Source of the DNA: Setoptus koraiensis
Lineage: Eukaryota; Animalia; Arthropoda
DNA: 64,000 bases
Assembly: GCA_048013815.1 (NCBI GenBank)
Contig: CM106585.1
Coordinates: 22,878,001 to 22,942,000, forward strand
Direction: 5' to 3'
Shown here: positions 59,193 to 64,000 of the stretch, in pieces
Layout: every line of letters begins with the position of its first letter
Position numbering within the stretch: position 1 is the stretch's first letter
The notes under the pieces: model-generated
Databases searched by the model: none
Told to the model about the DNA's origin: nothing
The model's input: only the letters and a program-made list of their open reading frames with translations
Program-made: the position numbers and the translations under genes

Positions 59193-59850
59193 CTGGAATA
59201 AAAATATGATAATAGTGGTGTCTAGTTTCTGTTGGCAAGACCAACAACTCAACAACAACCATGGTTACTGCTGGCATGTTGGTTGGTGGTCATGCCAGTG
59301 AGTGTTGTTTGCACAAAACGCAACGGACAAAACTTTTTTTCTTGCTTTGAATAGCGCGCGCTTAGAGAAACATTTTGTGCGCAAGCGTATAAATCGCTTC
59401 TATTCCCAGTGATTTGTGCACACATAAAGGCTACAGCAACGAATGACAGCAATAGTGTATTGCTGCAACACAAACGGTATCCCCTGTATTGATTCAGCAC
59501 TGTATTGCTGAACGTCACAGGGGGAACGAGATGGGGAGTGTGTGACGTTAATACTGGAGTGTTCGGTACACTGACACACATAGGCACAACATTCTTTCAC
59601 AGGGATATACGTTTAGCACTACGTGTAAAACAAATGTTCTATTTGCTGAAGCGTCATCGTCGCCCTCTCCTAATTACACTACATCGTTATTATCATTACT
59701 AATTCTAATTATTATAATCATCACAAATCAGCTTTACAGTATATCCGTATCACACACACACAACATTGTTGGTCTGGTCGGTTTGCGGCTAACAGCTCGG
59801 CACAAGCAAACGCAATCGGGCACCCCAATTTGGCACAATTCCACCCCACA

Positions 59851-59927
59851 GTTCGACACAATTCGACACAATTCGACACTGTTCGGCACTATTCGGCACT
59901 ATTCGGCACTATTCGGCGCTATTCGAC
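59851..59927. repeat. 10-bp minisatellite (TTCGACACAA grading to TTCGGCACTA), about 7.5 copies, just upstream of VAP
   Basis: Read directly from the sequence. Confidence 0.88.
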
Positions 59928-60070
59928 GGACACAAATAATATCAGGATATTATTATCAAGCGAGTCACTGTCAGAATCAATCAAATACCGGGCACGCAGT
60001 CTGTAGAAAGCGGACAGTTTTATTGTAGATTATTATTATTATCAATATCAATCATTTCGATATCAACGTC

Positions 60071-60934
60071 ATGGGCTCTGCGAAACAAGCTCAGTTACTG
60101 GAATTGACCCCAAGTAGCGAATTGCGTTTTGAGGGACCATTCGACAATGTTGTAACGTCATTTCTTCAATTATTCAATCCAACAGCAAATAGAATATGCT
60201 TCAAGGTGAAAACAACCGCCCCACGTAGGTATTGTGTTAGACCTAATAGCGGCATTGTTGAGCCACTGGCTAAAGTAAATATTGCAATTATGTTACAACC
60301 ATTCGAAAATAATGATAGTCAAAATGATCGTAATAAACACAAATTTATGGTTCAATCTGTTGTTATCGGCAACGACCAGGGCGATGTTAACCAAGACAAT
60401 CTATGGAAATCGATTACAAGTGATGCTATTATGGACTCAAAATTGAAATGTGTCTTCCACATGCCCACTAGTACAACAACATCTACAACCACTAATACCT
60501 CACCTCAGACCACAACAACAACTGTCATTGATTATAATACCAATTCTTCTCCTTCAATTACATCAACGGCACCACTATCACAATCAACACCAACGGACAA
60601 AGCACAGGCACAAATGGAATCAGCATTAGAGAAACAGGCATCGTTTAATAAATCAGAAGTGCAGACGCCAAGTAAATTGAGTAGCCAACAATCAAAAGCA
60701 ACGGTAACGACATCATCTCAACAATCATTGAACGCATCACCTAAGTTATCATCTGATACGCAACAACAAACATACAATACTGCTCTGGCTGGCCACCAAT
60801 CGGCTTTTGTCTCTACATCAACCGCTAGCTCCCAAGCCAACGAAACAGCTCCATTCTTGCCGTCGTCTATGAGCTTAGTGTTGGCTTTTGTCATATTGAT
60901 AATTGGCATTATCTTGGGAAAATACATTATATAA
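60071..60934 (+). CDS. VAP: VAMP-associated protein (VAPA/VAPB/Vap33 family), intronless, 287 aa
   Basis: MSP domain with the VAP signature FKVKTTAPRRYCVRPNSG and NKHKFMVQS, S/T/Q-rich linker, and C-terminal tail anchor LVLAFVILIIGIILGKYII. Confidence 0.95.
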   Translation: MGSAKQAQLLELTPSSELRFEGPFDNVVTSFLQLFNPTANRICFKVKTTAPRRYCVRPNSGIVEPLAKVNIAIMLQPFENNDSQNDRNKHKFMVQSVVIGNDQGDVNQDNLWKSITSDAIMDSKLKCVFHMPTSTTTSTTTNTSPQTTTTTVIDYNTNSSPSITSTAPLSQSTPTDKAQAQMESALEKQASFNKSEVQTPSKLSSQQSKATVTTSSQQSLNASPKLSSDTQQQTYNTALAGHQSAFVSTSTASSQANETAPFLPSSMSLVLAFVILIIGIILGKYII

Positions 60935-61148
60935 AAAAGAATATTATTACTATTGTCGTCGAATTATTATTATTATTATTACTGTCTAATTGTAGATCAA
61001 CGTATGTAAGGAGAAATCAAGAGATACGAATTAAAAGATATCGCCCAAAAATTTTCAATGAGCACACAGATACACACATTTGTTCAAGTTTAGGCCATTC
61101 AAAAGAGAGCTTATCATTATTATTATTAATATTATTACATGTATAATA

Positions 61149-61970
61149 CTACTCTAAATAGTACTGTTGTGTTTGACGCCATGAATTCTCTTTCTCAACT
61201 CCATTCACTTCCTCAGCTAACGACGCAGGCCTGATCCTATCAGCTATCGATCTTTTTGCTCTATCGTGCATCCTCTTTGATCGGATTGTAATGGATTTAT
61301 TGTTGGCGCCAGGTGTTGACAACAAATTATCTTGTGTGTCAGTAGAAGAATATATATTCATACGCTTTAGCTCATATATGACCGGTGTAGGTATAGAAAG
61401 TCTAGCCAGTATTTGCCAAGCTAAATCACGCAGAACATTGCTTATTCGAACGTTTGTATGCAACCCTAGTCTATTGCTGATATTATTTATCAACATTGAT
61501 ATGATGCTGGGAGCGGTGAGTCTTGCTGGTAGTGTAGAATCAACATTAATAGCATTTGAATCAATGTCCGAGTTGCTTGGGCGACGAGAACCGGATCCAC
61601 CAGTTATTAAGGAGACCCAACGAGGTCTATTACGAGTTATGTCTATATTCGATAGCGTATAATGATTGTGGAATCGATTATGACGATTGTAGTTGACATA
61701 GGAAGCAAGTCTGTTCGGTAAAGTGCTACTTAATAATTGTTCTCTTGTGAATGGCGACGCAATTAGCCTTGTCAATGCAGAAGACGATTTGACTATTCTC
61801 AGTTCGTAAGGTGTCGTAATTATACTTAACAGAACAATTAAATAGTTTATATGATTGAAAATATAGTGAAAATCAATTTTCAGTCCTACGATGAACCTTG
61901 TTCTGTTGTGATTTCTGTTCTCGATGGCCATATTTTTGACTGTGTTCTGTTCGAAATAGCTACTGGTCAT
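61149..61970 (-). CDS. Uncharacterised protein, 273 aa, with one hydrophobic segment
   Basis: An 822-nt ATG-initiated, non-repetitive ORF convergent with VAP. Hydrophobic stretch INYLIVLLSIITTP, helical block VRISNVLRDLAWQILARLSIPTPVIYELKRMNIY, and a dibasic RAKR site. No family recognised. Confidence 0.7.
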   Translation of the reverse strand: MTSSYFEQNTVKNMAIENRNHNRTRFIVGLKIDFHYIFNHINYLIVLLSIITTPYELRIVKSSSALTRLIASPFTREQLLSSTLPNRLASYVNYNRHNRFHNHYTLSNIDITRNRPRWVSLITGGSGSRRPSNSDIDSNAINVDSTLPARLTAPSIISMLINNISNRLGLHTNVRISNVLRDLAWQILARLSIPTPVIYELKRMNIYSSTDTQDNLLSTPGANNKSITIRSKRMHDRAKRSIADRIRPASLAEEVNGVEKENSWRQTQQYYLE

Positions 61971-63483
61971 CCATTAAATTGATTAGTTACGGATGATATA
62001 ATTAGTTGTTGCTTTGGATGCACAGAATTTTCACCACTATAGGAAAGAGAAGACGAAAGAATTTAACTCTTAGAAGATGTTCACTTCATTTCCAGCACTA
62101 ATTCTTGATAGACGTTTGGAACTTCGCTAGTCTGCTTCTGGAATGAGGTGTATCGTTTTGAGGCTTGTTATGGCAAGTCAAGAAACAAACACTGACTTCG
62201 ACAAAGAGATACAGGTGTCACTTGACATGGGAAGGGTGAATGATGAGAATCATCTATTGGACATAATTTATAAAAGTCTCTACATGAGACTATTGTAGTC
62301 TATGACCACATCACTCCCGAGATAGTGAGTGATTGTTATAGTTGCACCTATGGAGATCCTGCCAAAAAAACTTGACTTCCACACGACAAGTTTCCACAGT
62401 GAAACAGCAAGATGCAGTTAGGAGAAACGGAAACTGTTTGACTGAATATTGTGAGCCAAACGTGACTTCTATTCCATCAAGTTTAGATCATTATCGACGG
62501 GAGGCGGATAAGAAACACCAAATTCAGTGTGTATATAATGATATTGTTCATATCTCTAGATACAGTTGGTTTGTTCATTAGCGGTATAACTTAGAAACTG
62601 AATGGAAACTAGTATAACATGTCGAAGTTGGTAATATTGGAATGGCTAACTCAAGAAGAATCCGTATATCTATACTAGAGACAAACAGGCAGTAATGATG
62701 CAATAGATTTTTGGTCTAGTACAAATGTATCATGTCAACTTGAAAGGGTAGTAAAGTCAAAGTGAAAGTGGAGAGTCAAAAGCAAAGAAGAGAGCAAGAA
62801 ACTTCATTAGTGGACAGGTGATAAATACTAGGTATTATTAGATTATTATGTAACATGTAATGTGTGTTGTTTATAGAATAATCGCATCATTCAGGTACTG
62901 CACAACAAGACAACATAACACTTGTACATCTGGTCTAGTAGAGTTATCTATCTGTTATTCATTGTTTACAGGTCTCTCAGACATGCCTCCAGATTCAATG
63001 ATGCAAATGGGTGAACATGTTGCATGCTGAATAAAAGTAAAAAGTATTCAAGTGTGACAGAAATATACCATAACTAATTTTTCTACTGATCCCTACTTTA
63101 CATACAAAACTCTTACAGTTTCTGCACCATTTGCAACAGTAGCGCCGATAAGTTGTACCCAATAGTTGCTGCCGACATGTCAGTATGTTACATTTCGCAC
63201 ATTGGTTGTGAGTAGTACAACATTCATAAAAACTACTTTTCGCTTTATTGGTTTGTATATAAAGTGTGGTGCATATAAACATAGATAAATTCCCAAATGA
63301 GTATAGAATTGAACGGTGAGCTTTTTATCAGATCAATTATTTCACTAGAAAGGAGCCCTGTTGTACTCACAATAGCGAGCTCGTAAGCGAGCACAATACC
63401 TCTATAGATGGATGGCTTATATGGAGATCCAATATTCATTGAATCATTCGATTTTATTCCGTTGATCACTGCATTGCATTACT

Positions 63484-63870
63484 CGGATACCCGGTTCGGG
63501 CGGATCCGGGTCGGGTTCGGGTCCAGATCTGAGCGACGCCCACGGATTCGGGTCGGTATTTTGATTTTCAAAATTTCGCGAATACAGGGGAAAATATCCA
63601 CGGATTTGAAATATCCACGGATTGAGAATATCCACGGATTTTACTCTGTCTCTACGGTGACACACAGGGTTCTCAAGTCCTACGGTGACACACAGGATTC
63701 TCGAGTCCTACGGTGACACGTTTGAGGTGTAGGTAACAAGTCCTACGGTGACATATTTCGAAGGCATTTACAGAGTCGTATGGTGACACGTTTTGCACTT
63801 AGATTGCCAGTCCTACGGTAACACACTTGATTCCATGGAACCCGCAGATTTTAGAGAAATTTGCGGATAG
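63484..63870. repeat. Structured repeat cluster, possibly a transposon subterminal region: G-rich CGGGT motifs, three 17-bp-period repeats and six 16-bp direct repeats
   Basis: AATATCCACGGATT at 63593, 63610 and 63627. AGTCCTACGGTGACAC-type repeats at 63648, 63676, 63704, 63739, 63774 and 63809. Confidence 0.85.
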
Positions 63871-64000
63871 CCACAAAATCACGCAGAATTCGAGAAAAAA
63901 AAACAAAAAAAACAAAGACAAATTAAACAAAGAAGAAAAAAAAAGAAAAGCACTTCCGGAATACCTTTTACGGTCTCAGGGCACAGTACTCCACCCAAAA

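Noticed and set aside
62170-62760. Plus-strand frame MASQETNTDFDKEIQ... with multiple stops
   Set aside because: Looks like decayed coding sequence, but no family could be assigned, so it is not called a pseudogene.
63648-63824. Calling the repeat-spacer array a CRISPR locus
   Set aside because: 16-bp repeats and 19-nt spacers are below normal CRISPR sizes, and there are no cas genes or leader in a clearly eukaryotic context. It is reported as an unexplained array instead.

Overview
Eukaryotic nuclear DNA from a compact, intron-poor, microsatellite-rich animal genome. Short 100-170 bp GT-AG introns, many intronless housekeeping genes and Asn/Gln-rich proteins suggest an arthropod, plausibly an eriophyoid-type mite; this is inference, not identification. 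The region 4-33 kb is gene-dense: an Ig-domain single-pass membrane protein (two listed ORFs joined by a 115-bp intron), a TruB-family pseudouridine synthase, MRPS14, TOM70, a candidate small membrane protein, SPCS3, PTEN, an N-acylated coiled-coil protein with three candidate alternative last exons, an intronless BED-finger/hAT-transposase-derived protein and a 6-exon Rhes/Di-Ras-like GTPase. About 27 kb (33-60 kb) has no recognisable coding sequence and is full of micro- and minisatellites. It is followed by VAP, an orphan ORF and, at the right edge, a structured repeat cluster including six 16-bp direct repeats, the last four at an exact 35-bp period with unrelated 19-nt spacers. The strongest oddities are this repeat-spacer array, a tailless PTEN, a TruB with Glu at the catalytic Asp position, a GTPase with a natural G12V-like P-loop, a probably domesticated hAT protein and the alternative last exons. 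No tRNA, rRNA or true prokaryotic CRISPR-cas was seen. All coordinates and splice models were derived by hand, with no database searches.
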